Shown piece by piece: positions 10,516 through 21,038 of a stretch of 64,000 nucleotides of DNA. The stretch's first letter is position 1, and each line of letters begins with the position of its first letter. The DNA is from an uncultured Bacteriovoracaceae bacterium (GTDB taxonomy: Bacteria > Bdellovibrionota > Bacteriovoracia > Bacteriovoracales > Bacteriovoracaceae), in contig CAXGUD010000004.1 of the NCBI GenBank assembly GCA_964012805.1, forward strand, positions 32,001 through 96,000, read 5' to 3'. The position numbers and the translations under genes are program-made. Under the pieces are notes generated by a model, which was not told the origin of the DNA, did not search any database, and saw nothing but the letters and a program-made list of their open reading frames with translations.

Positions 10516-11748
10516 CTAAATCAATGCTAATTCCAGACCTAGGTGATGGTCAGTTAAAGGAATTTTGTGTTCTTTATCATGTTCGTGGATTTCGTGGATA
10601 ATTTGAAAAACCTTGCCATCTGAAACTTCCATGAGGTAGCCCATATCTTTTAAAATATCCAAGGTTTCGTAATGGGGAAGAGATGGAAGTGTGAGTATGT
10701 GGTAAGAATTCCTCAGTTTTAACTTTTCTATTTCATGAAAGAGGATGCGCGTAATTTGACTTTTTTCATTTTCCAAAAGATCAAAATCAATTTCAAGGTG
10801 AGTTAAGTAGAGTGTTTCTAGACTGGAATGGTCCTTGATGGGCAACTTACCAAAAAGTGGCATTAATGAGACCACCATTTTTAATTTTAATGATAAATTA
10901 GATAAAATAAACTTTTTGCATGTCTTAGGTGTCCATGGACAAACACAGCCTTTGATTTCTCCTTTTCTATTTTTAATGATTAGAAAATTAGAAAGGCTTA
11001 GACCAGGCCAATTTTTTAACCTAAAGCTGAAATCATCATCACCAACAGACTCTTCTTTTGAAATAAAGTCTCCGAAAAGTTTTTTTCTATTTTGCTTTTC
11101 CAAAAAAGACCACAAGCTATCTAAATCAGAAGGCAGTGCTTTTTGTATTGTAAAGTGGCCCTCATCTATTGAGTCTGTTTGAAAAAGTTTAGGCTTTTTA
11201 CCAAAAATATTGAGGGCCTGATAAGCCGCCAGTTCTTTAAAAATAAATTGGTTATTTTTTTCAGTGAAGGCCTTAAGGGCCCTTTTGTTATTGAGGATGA
11301 TAGCTCCATAACAGTAGCGTATCCCTTCGAACTCCTTAATAAACTCCATCTTACTCATGAATTCTGTATAGCTTGCTTTCCACTGTCTTTTCGTTTCTTT
11401 TTCAATATCAGGTGTTGTCCTCATGTCACAAACATAGAGGACTTTTTGCAATTGAGATTCAATGAAATGTTCTTTTATGATAAAGGTTGCAACTCCCTGA
11501 GTTTTTCCACTTTTTGATTTTAAAATAAAAACAAAGGGTTTCCCTCTTTGAAGTTTCAAAAGGTCAAAGTAGTTTGGGGACCGGTCGTAGAAAATATCAA
11601 AAAATGGCGTTTTCATAGGAACATTTTTAAAAACTTCCACAAGTTCAACACCATCTTCGTAGGTGGCTATTTTAATTCTGTCATATTTTTTTTTGATCTC
11701 CATAATAGAGATAAGCTTTTTAGAGTGACTGATTTCAGAAAGTTCCAT
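10516..11748 (-). CDS. Hypothetical protein, probable double-GNAT acyltransferase fold
   Basis: YDRSPNYF, LYVCDMR and NNKRA segments resemble GNAT-family proteins; assignment is tentative. Confidence 0.5.
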   Translation of the reverse strand: MELSEISHSKKLISIMEIKKKYDRIKIATYEDGVELVEVFKNVPMKTPFFDIFYDRSPNYFDLLKLQRGKPFVFILKSKSGKTQGVATFIIKEHFIESQLQKVLYVCDMRTTPDIEKETKRQWKASYTEFMSKMEFIKEFEGIRYCYGAIILNNKRALKAFTEKNNQFIFKELAAYQALNIFGKKPKLFQTDSIDEGHFTIQKALPSDLDSLWSFLEKQNRKKLFGDFISKEESVGDDDFSFRLKNWPGLSLSNFLIIKNRKGEIKGCVCPWTPKTCKKFILSNLSLKLKMVVSLMPLFGKLPIKDHSSLETLYLTHLEIDFDLLENEKSQITRILFHEIEKLKLRNSYHILTLPSLPHYETLDILKDMGYLMEVSDGKVFQIIHEIHEHDKEHKIPLTDHHLGLELALI

Positions 11749-11829
11749 TTTTTGACCTTATTTTACTTAACCAGGCCTTACTTGGCCTGGCTTGACCTTG
11801 CTTAATCTTTTAGTACTAAAAGCTTTTTT

Positions 11830-12477
11830 TTAACTTTTTAAGAGGTTTAGGGATGTTCTGTTTATTTTTCTGATCCATTTACTAAGAAGCAATCTTTTAA
11901 GAAGAAAGCTGGGGCTTCTTATTGGGGCAAGATAAATATTGTTCATTGTCGCCATTTCTATCACATTCCAATCTTCATTAGTGTTTCCAGAAAGCTTTGG
12001 TGTTTTACCTTTGTAAATGACTTTAGGCTTTGCTACTGAGTATATACGCCCTAAGTGAGGACGATTGAGTTCGTAAGTGTAAATAAAGGCCTTCTTTCTT
12101 AAACTAATCATATCTCTATAGAGTCTTAGCCAGAATTGAAAAGAGTTTCCCTGACCAGACATTCTTGGGTCCAGCCATAAACAATTAATTTCAAAAATAT
12201 CGTTGAGGTCAAATTTTTTAAAATAGGACTCAGCATTGATAATTTGAGGGGCAAGGTATTCCATTGACCTAAAGGGTGCTTTATGAGCAAGAGCATAGCC
12301 TCCTCTAAATTTTCGATTCTCATCAACATACACGATAACTTTTGAGCGCTTTAAATAGTCTATTGGAAATTCTGTTTTATGAATTTTTCTTGCAACTGAT
12401 TGAAACTTTTTTAAATCTTGTAGACTTCTTAATTGTAGGAATTCCATGGAACCTCTCCTAGAAATTTTTATGTTCAT
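11830..12477 (-). CDS. Hypothetical GNAT-like protein (LuxI/N-acyl amino acid synthase-like)
   Basis: GGYALAH...PF and FEINCLWLDPRMSGQG resemble the acyltransferase motif A region. Confidence 0.4.
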   Translation of the reverse strand: MNIKISRRGSMEFLQLRSLQDLKKFQSVARKIHKTEFPIDYLKRSKVIVYVDENRKFRGGYALAHKAPFRSMEYLAPQIINAESYFKKFDLNDIFEINCLWLDPRMSGQGNSFQFWLRLYRDMISLRKKAFIYTYELNRPHLGRIYSVAKPKVIYKGKTPKLSGNTNEDWNVIEMATMNNIYLAPIRSPSFLLKRLLLSKWIRKINRTSLNLLKS

Positions 12478-12606
12478 AGGATTGGAGAAAGCTTGAATAA
12501 CGTCAAGGAGGATGAGAAGAGTTTACAAAAACCTAACAGACCAGAGAGTTTTTAACACTCTCTTAAAAAAAAATAAAAAAAAGAAAAATAGTTAAGTTTG
12601 TTATTC

Positions 12607-12636
12607 ACTTAACTTAACTTAACTTAACTTAACTTA
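12607..12636. repeat. Pentanucleotide microsatellite (ACTTA)x6
   Basis: Read directly. Overlaps the stop codon of 12629..12997; AGTTAAGTT at 12590-12598 is complementary to it. Confidence 0.9.
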
Positions 12637-12997
12637 GAATTGAAAAGGTAAAGTAGATAAAAATTCCAACGAGAATAAAGGAAAAATCTCTTCCATTTTG
12701 AATCAATTGCGTTCTTTGAAAAATTTCTTTATGCGAGGGAGTTCTTTTGAGTTCCTTTTGAAGTTGTTTGGGAACTTTGATTTTAAGTGATCTTTTAACA
12801 TCTTTTTCTCTAAAGAAAACGAGCTTTAAAAGGACTAGGAAGCCAAAGAGAAGAAGATGCAGGTCTGGGAATGATTTGGGAAAAAAGTTTAAAACAAGGC
12901 CAAGTGGAAGAACTGTCAGCGCTGATAAAAGAATAAGAACAAGGCCGTTAAATTTAAAGTATTCTGTTAATGTTTTCATAAGTATGAAACTAGTCAT
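12629..12997 (-). CDS. Small membrane protein
   Basis: Three hydrophobic segments. Confidence 0.65.
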   Translation of the reverse strand: MTSFILMKTLTEYFKFNGLVLILLSALTVLPLGLVLNFFPKSFPDLHLLLFGFLVLLKLVFFREKDVKRSLKIKVPKQLQKELKRTPSHKEIFQRTQLIQNGRDFSFILVGIFIYFTFSILS

Positions 12998-13262
12998 TTT
13001 TCTTGGATAAGGGAAGCTTTTTTGCGAACCATAAATAATCTATAGGTTGACGAGGGGTCGTTTCTTTTAGGAGGCTTCTTTAACTCTTTATAAGAATTGA
13101 CAAAAAAGTGATGATATGCTTTTTGCGGTGCGTTTTTTGGAATTGATTATAGGCATTTATTTTTCAAGTCGACCATGAAATAAGGGCAATCATGCCTGCT
13201 TGTTCCTAGTAGAACACCTTTTATATAATTGAGGAAAAATTTATATTCAAGGAGTACTCGTT

Positions 13263-14966
13263 TTGGCCCTTTTTTACAGGTTAATGCTTTTGAGCTTTCT
13301 TCTTTTAGTAAGTACGTGCGCTCAAAAACAAAACCAAATGAACTCGAAAAATTCTTCCAAAGTTGTTTCTGCCTCAAGTTCAAACCTTAAGTCAGATGAT
13401 TTTAAAGGAAGAATCGTGGCCTCTGCCTGGGACCGCAAAAATATTCCTGAGAATATTTTAGTGACAGAGACGGCCAGAGACAGCAATTTAGAGAGGAACT
13501 TTAATTTACTTCCCTTAAAAGGCAAGCTAAAAACTCTTCCCTGGACCGGTGATTACTGGGCAAGTTATAGGGGGGGGATTAGTTATAGATGGAATAATAG
13601 AGAGCTTGATCCCGATGACTCAAGAAGATTTGAGTACGAAATAGGGGAGGTGCCTGGAGGAGATATAAACCGCTTATCTCCCGCAGAGAAATGGGACCTC
13701 TATACTGGAAGCACAAACTTTAGGTTGACAAGAAGTGAGAGGAGGCGTGTTGGATTAGGGGCCAGAAAGATTCCGAAATGGGAAGGTCTCTGCCATTCTT
13801 GGGCTCCTGCGACTGTTAATTATAAAAACCCAACGACCCCTGTTACAGTGAAATCACCTCAAGGTCAGTCCATTACCTTTTATTCTTCAGACATTAAAGC
13901 GCTTTTAACCTACTTTCTTCATTGGGATAATCCACGAAATGGTGGAAGCGGTCGCTCTTTTTCTTCCTTTTTGGGGTCACGCTGTGAGGCCACACTAAAG
14001 GAGTTGAGGGAAGCTTATAATAATCTTATGGGCTGGAGCCCAATGACTGCCTTAAGACCTTACACAAAATACCTTAAAGGTGCTTGTGGTGATTCCAATG
14101 CCGGCTCTTTCCATCTTGTCTTAACAAACCTTCTTGGAAAGAGGAAAAAAAGTTTTATGATGGATGTGACTCGAACGCAGGAGGTTTGGAACCAGGCCGT
14201 TTATAAATACGAGTCGGAAGTTCTTGAAACGAGAGATGGCGCCAGTTCCGGTGCCGCCGATGGTACTGTCAGAGAAAAGGATATCCTTTCAAAAGTATGG
14301 TATGTAGCGGAGCCTAGTTTTCCTTTTTCTAAAGATGGCATAAGGTCCATTGATGGAAAACGCATCTATACTGAAAATACGGCCACACAGGAAAAATGGT
14401 TTTTCTATAGAGTTGAACTCGACAAATCCAATAAAGTAATTGGTGGTGAGTGGCTTAAACCTAAAAATTACAAGCGCTACTTTAGTGGAGGCCTTTCGCC
14501 GAGTGATGAGAGGTTTTTTGAGGACCGACCTGATTTTTTATGGGATGAGACTTCTCCAGATTTTTACGGACGCTTTACCAAGCTCAAAGGCCTTTACGAA
14601 GCTTCTATTAAAAAGAAAACACGACCTAAATTTAATGAACCAAAAGGGGACTATCTCTATGGTTTAAATACCGGCATTTTAAATGTGACAAATTATTATA
14701 CGAAAGGAAATACAATTCACCTTGTGGGAACAAGCCGCTATGAACAAGGTGGAAAGCTCATTGTTTGGAGAAGAACAAACGTGATAAGAACACCGCGAGT
14801 TGTTCACCGAAAAAAACTCGAAGGAAAAAACTTTCACGTTAGCTTTTCTTTGGGCAGGTTCGGTCGCTTTAATACATCTATTATTGCTTTAGGACTCAAA
14901 GTTAATGGAAAAATTGTTGATTCTATTAGCTATAAGGGCCCTGATTTGGCAAGACTTTTTAGGTAG
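13263..14966 (+). CDS. Secreted/lipoprotein transglutaminase-elicitor-like protein
   Basis: PWTGDYW, LSPAEKWD, IPKWEGLCHSWAPA, NAGSFH, DVT...EVWNQ and GGEW motifs match the oomycete GP42-type TGase_elicitor family. Start may be ATG at 13284. Confidence 0.7.
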   Translation: MALFYRLMLLSFLLLVSTCAQKQNQMNSKNSSKVVSASSSNLKSDDFKGRIVASAWDRKNIPENILVTETARDSNLERNFNLLPLKGKLKTLPWTGDYWASYRGGISYRWNNRELDPDDSRRFEYEIGEVPGGDINRLSPAEKWDLYTGSTNFRLTRSERRRVGLGARKIPKWEGLCHSWAPATVNYKNPTTPVTVKSPQGQSITFYSSDIKALLTYFLHWDNPRNGGSGRSFSSFLGSRCEATLKELREAYNNLMGWSPMTALRPYTKYLKGACGDSNAGSFHLVLTNLLGKRKKSFMMDVTRTQEVWNQAVYKYESEVLETRDGASSGAADGTVREKDILSKVWYVAEPSFPFSKDGIRSIDGKRIYTENTATQEKWFFYRVELDKSNKVIGGEWLKPKNYKRYFSGGLSPSDERFFEDRPDFLWDETSPDFYGRFTKLKGLYEASIKKKTRPKFNEPKGDYLYGLNTGILNVTNYYTKGNTIHLVGTSRYEQGGKLIVWRRTNVIRTPRVVHRKKLEGKNFHVSFSLGRFGRFNTSIIALGLKVNGKIVDSISYKGPDLARLFR

Positions 14967-14983
14967 GGTCAAAGAGTAGTGTT

Positions 14984-15018
14984 CTATGAAGAGAGGGGTT
15001 GCCTAAAGCTCTTCATAG
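14984..15018. terminator. Stem-loop between convergent genes
   Basis: ctatgaagag ... ctcttcatag inverted repeat. Confidence 0.5.
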
Positions 15019-15082
15019 GACACTCATATTTCTTAAAATAAAAGAGTTAGCATCCTGCTTTTTCTATGACTTGATCACTTAA

Positions 15083-16900
15083 TCACTGAATCAAAACACC
15101 TTCTTTAACAACCTGAGTCCCATCATAGAAGGTAATAGTGACTTGCCCTGTCCTCCAACCTTCAGCATAAGTTTTGAAAACAGGAGTGGCGAAAGACCTC
15201 CTTCGGCTTCTTGAACGGTAAGTTGAATAGCGGCCAAAGGATGGGTGAATGTCATAGTGAACAAATCTAACGTCTTTAAGGTCTCCAGTAAGTTTTAGCT
15301 TAAAGGAAATTTCTTCATCTGTTTCAGAAACAATGACCTTTTCAACATTAATTGAAGGCCTTTTCTTTTCACCAATAGTTTCTTTACTTTTAAGGACAAT
15401 GTTTTTTTCTGCGATTTTCCGATCTTTAAGGTAAAACTTAAGAACAAGTGGAAGGTCACTTTTTCTTGAGTAGGTTTTAAAAGAGAAACTGCCTTTATAA
15501 CCATTGATCTGGTGTTCTCTGAAGCTACCTTTTTGAAAAATAGTCATAGCGTAGAGGAGCTTCATATTCTCTTTTCCAGGGACCACAGTCACAAGGTAAT
15601 AGTTTTTCCCATTTTCTTTATAGTTCTTATATTCGACTTTAATCGTCTTAAGGTTAAAAGTGGGTACCAGGGTTATTTCTGGCTCTGGCTTAGGCTCTGG
15701 CTTAGGTTCTGGCTTAGGCTCTGGCTCAGGTTCTGGCTTAGGCTCTGGCTTAGGTTCTGGCTTAGGCTCTGGCTTAGGTTCTGGCTTAGGCTCCGGCTTA
15801 ACTTTTATATCTGTTTTAACGGAAAAGCTTTTTTCTATTGAAGTGTTGTTTTTAAAGAAGACTTTAATTTTGACTTTAAAATGAGAAGCATCCGTATAAA
15901 GGGAAAGGGTATAGGGATCTTCTTTAAGTGTATCTATAAAGTCTAGATCTGGTATTATGTAGACAACTTTTTCAATTATTTCATCACCATGACGGTCTAA
16001 GGTTTTTAGGCCCGGCTCAAAATGAAAGAGAAAAGGATACTCTCTGTCACCTTCGTCTACTTTGTATGTAAATTTAAAGTTTTTGTAGGGAGGTTTTGGT
16101 TTACTTATAACGTTTGTTCCATCCTTATCTTCATCTTCCTTTTCACCGTCTTTACCATCTTCTTTTGGTACTGGATAAAGGTGGTTAATTCCTTGGATAT
16201 CAAGTTTTGTAAGACCGAGGTTCATTCTTCTTATGGGCCTATTATTATCAAGCCTTGTAATCGTTGGTTTATTATTGATTCCAAAGTCTCTGCCTCCGTA
16301 GTGCATGATACTCCTATAATCGTACGGAGTGTTGTCCATGACTGCGTAATGGTTCATTTTCTTAAAATTCGTTTCAGCGCCTTTTTGAATATTTTCCCAG
16401 TGAATTTTGACATAGTCATCCCTATCAGGCCTTGATTGCTCGTGATAAACACCTGCAGCATGAAGGATTTCATGGGTAATCGTGAGGTAGTGTTCGCAGC
16501 CGTAGGATAAGTTTAAGTCCTGTCTTCCTCTCTGGCGGCCAACAAAACTCCAACACCCTTTGGGCTGAAGAGGAGATTTGGAAGTAAAAAATATGTAATC
16601 TTCATCTTGATCTGTTTTTTCTCTAAAGCGGAGGTTTGATTTTTTGGTGAGGTATTCAATGGCCTTTAAAATATGGGGGACGAGGTGGTGGCTTTTGGGG
16701 TCTATTTTGTAAATAATCTCCTGGTTTTCCCAGGTGATATTGTAAGCAGTTGGGGCCAGTTTCTCGTAGGTTTTATACCTTGCAATATCACCCTCAATAA
16801 TAACCTCTCTTTTTTCGCTGTTGGTAGAAGGGGTAAGAGTGGCGTAAGCCTGTGTGACCAAACTGAGGGCCATAAAAAAAGTAATCAAAAGCTTTTTCAC
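15083..16900 (-). CDS. Astacin (M12A) zinc metalloprotease with PEPK linker and C-terminal YEATS-like domain
   Basis: Signal peptide; EGDI, GCWSFVG, HEILHAAGVYHEQSRPDRD, Met-turn SIMHY; tail motif VHYDIHPSF. Confidence 0.88.
   Translation of the reverse strand: MKKLLITFFMALSLVTQAYATLTPSTNSEKREVIIEGDIARYKTYEKLAPTAYNITWENQEIIYKIDPKSHHLVPHILKAIEYLTKKSNLRFREKTDQDEDYIFFTSKSPLQPKGCWSFVGRQRGRQDLNLSYGCEHYLTITHEILHAAGVYHEQSRPDRDDYVKIHWENIQKGAETNFKKMNHYAVMDNTPYDYRSIMHYGGRDFGINNKPTITRLDNNRPIRRMNLGLTKLDIQGINHLYPVPKEDGKDGEKEDEDKDGTNVISKPKPPYKNFKFTYKVDEGDREYPFLFHFEPGLKTLDRHGDEIIEKVVYIIPDLDFIDTLKEDPYTLSLYTDASHFKVKIKVFFKNNTSIEKSFSVKTDIKVKPEPKPEPKPEPKPEPKPEPKPEPEPEPKPEPKPEPKPEPEITLVPTFNLKTIKVEYKNYKENGKNYYLVTVVPGKENMKLLYAMTIFQKGSFREHQINGYKGSFSFKTYSRKSDLPLVLKFYLKDRKIAEKNIVLKSKETIGEKKRPSINVEKVIVSETDEEISFKLKLTGDLKDVRFVHYDIHPSFGRYSTYRSRSRRRSFATPVFKTYAEGWRTGQVTITFYDGTQVVKEGVLIQ
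15677..15800. repeat. 12-bp coding tandem repeat encoding (KPEP)n
   Basis: About 10 units of ggcttagg(t/c)tct. Confidence 0.92.
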
Positions 16901-17395
16901 GGTTTGTCCTTTCGTTAGATTATGAAAAAAAGTTGAAACTTTGAGGCGCTTAAAGAACGCAAAAAGACCCGAGACTCTAAAAGCGCAGGGAGTCTTTCTA
17001 GGAGAAGAATGTAAGAAACATTTTTGCCCGTAAATTCAGTTCAACAATTTTTTTTGCATTACATTTCTTATATCCTCAGATTTTAAAATCAAGAAACAAA
17101 GCAGTAAAAAGAACTTTATAAGACCAAAGTTTACAAAAATTTTACAAACATATGCGTTACTTGGAAGGTTCTTATAAATTTAAAGGAAGCTTTCAAAACT
17201 TTTGCTTCTTAATGTTAATTTCAATCGATTTAAAAATGCTTTATAGTCCCTTTTTATAAATAAAGAAGAGTAATTATAAAGTTACCTATTTTCCAAGTCG
17301 GAATATTTTTTCTATAATTTCTAAAGAGAAAAAAATTTAAAAGAATAAAAAGAAATATTTCAAACGCAAATAAATAAGCATGGAGGCTTTCGTTT

Positions 17396-17884
17396 ATGAC
17401 CAATCGAACCTTGGTTTTACTTTATCTTCTCATCTTCATCCTCTCTAGTTGTGGACGCCCTAAAAATTATAAGGAACAGGCCATTTTAAGTTTTCAGGGG
17501 GCCCATGCTGCTCTGGCTAACAATAATTATGCTAATGGGGTTTTGATCTATGGAAAGTGGGACAAATACCCTAACATGGTCTACCGATTTTGGGTAAAAC
17601 CGGGCGTTGATGAAGTAAAAACTGTTAATATTTATGTACCTACTGGAAAAGTTACCTTTTATGGAATGGCCGCAGACTCAGATTGGAATTTTAAATGTGA
17701 TATTACAAATAAGAAAAAACTAAAGCCCGCTAAAAAAACAGGATTTACCATAAATTTTAGTAGCGGTAATGGCAATTGCAATTCAACAAACGACCTTCTC
17801 TATAATAAAAATACAGTGAAGAAAAAGCAATTTGAGGAGTGTATTAAAAAAGGAACCCTAAATTGTGGTAAGTATACTTTTTAA
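17396..17884 (+). CDS. Hypothetical lipoprotein
   Basis: GGAGG RBS; lipobox LSSC. Confidence 0.7.
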   Translation: MTNRTLVLLYLLIFILSSCGRPKNYKEQAILSFQGAHAALANNNYANGVLIYGKWDKYPNMVYRFWVKPGVDEVKTVNIYVPTGKVTFYGMAADSDWNFKCDITNKKKLKPAKKTGFTINFSSGNGNCNSTNDLLYNKNTVKKKQFEECIKKGTLNCGKYTF

Positions 17885-17893
17885 TTTTATGAT

Positions 17894-20394
17894 CTATTTG
17901 CGTGATATTTTCTTATAGGGCCTAATAAGGTGATTGACCAGAGAGGCTTCATTTAGTTTATCCTTATTGGGCATTTGCTTAAAAGTTCCGAAAGCTCAAA
18001 GTAAAATGTTGAAAGGTCTTCCTTACCAGAAATCGTTAAAAGAAAAGCCAAAAGTCTTGAACGGTTTAAAAGTAAAGAAATGGTCTCATCAAAATGAGCA
18101 TAAAGTCGTGCCTTTTTAGGGGCATTGGCCATTTTATCTTTGTCCAGGTCATTTACCTTTCGCACTAAAAAAACATACTCCAAAAGGTTAACCATGATTC
18201 GATCTAAATCTTCCCTTTTATCCTGAATGGATTTATCAAAACCTCTAGGCAAAGAATAGGTGACTTTAGGTCCAAGATTATTTTTATGGAGTATATTGAG
18301 GGAGTCAAAATACCTCATAAGAAGTAAAAATAAATTTGATAGCTTTTCAACAGACCAGGCCAGGAGCTTATTTTTTTCATACTTTTGAACATTTCTTAAT
18401 TCTCTTATAGTCATTGTGATTTCTTCTTCTGGTAACTTTAATTGTGAGCATAGGCTTTTGTTAAAATTATGAAAGAGGGTAAAGAGGATTTGATCAATTT
18501 GTTCCACACTAAGGTCCGTAGCATTTGGACTCGTCATGATCTCAAGTGAAGAAACAGATTCCCCTATTATTTTTGACAGGTCTTTACTTAATTTTTCTTT
18601 TTCTTTGAATGGAAGAACTTCGAGGAGGGCTTCATAGTCAATACTTATTTCTTTATTTTTATTGCTTTCTTCCTCTACTTCTGTGATGTCATCCACGATA
18701 AATAAAACCTTTTCAAGGCTTTCATCATTCTTGCATAGGGGAATGTATTGTATACTCAATGTCCTTCCTTTTTTTTTCTTAGATCAGGATGAAGAACTTT
18801 TTGAGGAAGGAGTTCTTGGGAATTGAATAAAAACTCGGATTCAGTGCAGCCAAAAAGAATTTTCCATGAAGCGAGGAAAGATTTTTTTTCTTCGTCTTTA
18901 AAATTAAAAAATAACAGGTTGAAGCTGTTCAATCCAAGAATATCTTTTCCAAAAATTTCTTTTGAGTATTTTGATATAGGTTGGAAAATTTTCCCTTTTT
19001 GATCTACACAAAAAATGGCCTTATCAATAGAGGTAAGCATACCTCTTGATTCATTTAATGAGTTTCTTAGATCTTCTTTTGCCTCGTGAATAAGGTCTTC
19101 AAGGTTAGAGTTCACTTTTTCAAGTTCAAAGCTCAGTTGTTCAACTTTTTGAAAGTCTTTACCAAAGTTTGAAGCGACAATATGGCCCTGAATAAAAATA
19201 AAAATAAGACCGGTCAAGTGAGCAATCTCTGGAGGATTTAAAATAGTTAACCCAATGAGAATATCGTAAGTAATCCCAAAGGTACCAAGAAGGATGGAAT
19301 AAAAAAATGTTAAAGCATTAGGTGTTTTTTTTATAATGCCCCTTGTAACAAAAAATATGAGGAGGAGGAGGTAGCCAAAAAGGACCATCTGACAACTTAT
19401 GAGGAAATAAAATTTTGTAAAATATAATGGTAAAAGTAATAAAGGGATTAGAGAAAGTGTAACAGAAATGTATAAAAAAACCTTTTTTATAATAAGAGAA
19501 GTCTTATCTTTAATTTTTAAAATTTAAAAGAGGTATTCAAATAAACAGGGAAATAAATAAATCATGCTTAAATATTCAAACTTTTTTTCTAATATAAAAA
19601 AGAAAAGGTTTGGATTAGGGGAAAAAATAAAAGAGTAATGTCCAAAAGAAAAAAAGCGAGAAAGTGCCACAAGACAAAAAAGTCCTAGGAAGAGAGACGA
19701 GTAGTCCTTTCTTCTTCGTGAAAAGATGGCGAGGTGGTAAACGGCCAAAATGAAAAAAGCACCCATAACAAAAAAGACAACGGCCATCTCTTGAGACAAG
19801 AGTGAGAAATATCCCTCTTCGTGGTAAATCTTTGGAGCCCCGAGAAAGCCGCCAGCTCGAAAATGGAAGTTAGCAAGGTGGATGACAATGGTAAGATCTC
19901 TTCCCATCAAGGAGATGTCTCGGTCAAAGCGGATTCCTTGAGGTGTACTTTCTTCCTTATTCTTACCAATAATACCGGTCTTTAGTTGAATCGTTTTTTT
20001 ACTATCAGTTATGAATATTTCACTACTCGTTGCCAAGTATTGGAAATAAATTCTTAGTTTCCCCGTTTGCTTAAGGTTTTTTAATTTCATAATAAGGGTT
20101 CCATAGCTGGACCCAGGGAGATTCAAGTTTTTATCCCATAGAGAGCTACCCTTAAGATAAAGAGGATTTTGATTGGGAAGTTTTTTATTCAAAACGTCTT
20201 TGAGTGGAATGAAGTGTTTCCAGTATAAGACCCAGGACCCGTCTAATTCTAAAGGTTCATCTTTTTTAAAGTCCCATTCTTTAAGATCAGCTTCTCCTTT
20301 TTCCATTGATGGGCTTATTTTCTTGGAGTACTTTGGTCCACAAGACACTAAAACGAAAAAAAAAATATATAAAAACTAAAAATCTTATATTCAT
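17894..20394 (-). pseudogene. Disrupted 7TM-DISM-PAS sensor with the unknown C-terminal domain (fragments 19524..20348, 18756..19388, 17953..18759)
   Basis: ATG at 20394. Frameshift in the 10-nt homopolymer at 20356-20365, in-frame TAA at 19524-19526 (TTG in the paralog), frameshift in the 9-nt run at 18769-18777, and a 1-nt loss near 17980. The repaired end reads QMPNKDKLNEASLVNHLIRPYKKISRK*, matching the 42 kb and 44 kb paralogs. Confidence 0.88.
19141..20346. repeat. Copy 2 of the 1206-bp duplication (copy 1 at 2795-4000)
   Basis: Direct sequence comparison. Confidence 0.9.
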
Positions 20395-20524
20395 TCAACA
20401 GTAGAAGTTGATTTTTATCCTTTTAATACCTGACTTTTATCGGCAGTCTCTGATAGTAATATAAGTGGATAGAATTTGTTTAAATGCCTTGAATAGTTCA
20501 AAATAAAAGGGCAAAGGATGAAAA

Positions 20525-21007
20525 TTGTTTAAATATTTAACTCTTTCCTACTTTTTGTTGATTCAGTTCTTTTTGATAGGACAAGTAAGGGCCGAAAGTG
20601 ATCCCAAACCTAATTGTACCCATGATGAAAGTACTTTTCGTTGTGTGGAGTACGTTCGGAATTATGACGCTGATACAATTACAGTAAATATCCCAGGAAC
20701 TCATCCAATTCTTGGAAAAAAAGCTCAGGTTAGAGTTTTTGGTGTTGATGCACCAGAAATTAGGACAAAAGATAAGTGTGAAAAAAAATTAGCGAGAGAG
20801 GGAAAACAAGTCGTTAGAAAAATGTTGAAAAATGCCAAGGTCATTCATCTTATCAACGTAAAAAAGGGAAAATACTTTAGAATTTTGGCAGATGTTTTAA
20901 TTGATGGAGTTTCCCTTTCGAAATACCTTTTGAAAAATAATTATGGATATAAATACTTGGGGAAGAAAAGAAAAAAAATCGATTGGTGTAGGTTTAAAGC
21001 CGAATGA
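20525..21007 (+). CDS. Thermonuclease (SNase) family protein
   Basis: Signal peptide; YDADTI, VRVFGVDAPE and KYFRILADV motifs. Confidence 0.88.
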   Translation: MFKYLTLSYFLLIQFFLIGQVRAESDPKPNCTHDESTFRCVEYVRNYDADTITVNIPGTHPILGKKAQVRVFGVDAPEIRTKDKCEKKLAREGKQVVRKMLKNAKVIHLINVKKGKYFRILADVLIDGVSLSKYLLKNNYGYKYLGKKRKKIDWCRFKAE

Positions 21008-21038
21008 ATGGGAAAACTTTAAAGTTTTTGTTGGCTCT

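Noticed and set aside
15677..15800. CRISPR-like repeat array
   Set aside because: Contiguous 12-bp coding repeat with no spacers and no cas genes.
16920..17390. Possible riboswitch or ncRNA in the long intergenic region
   Set aside because: Only short inverted repeats; no family consensus I can support.
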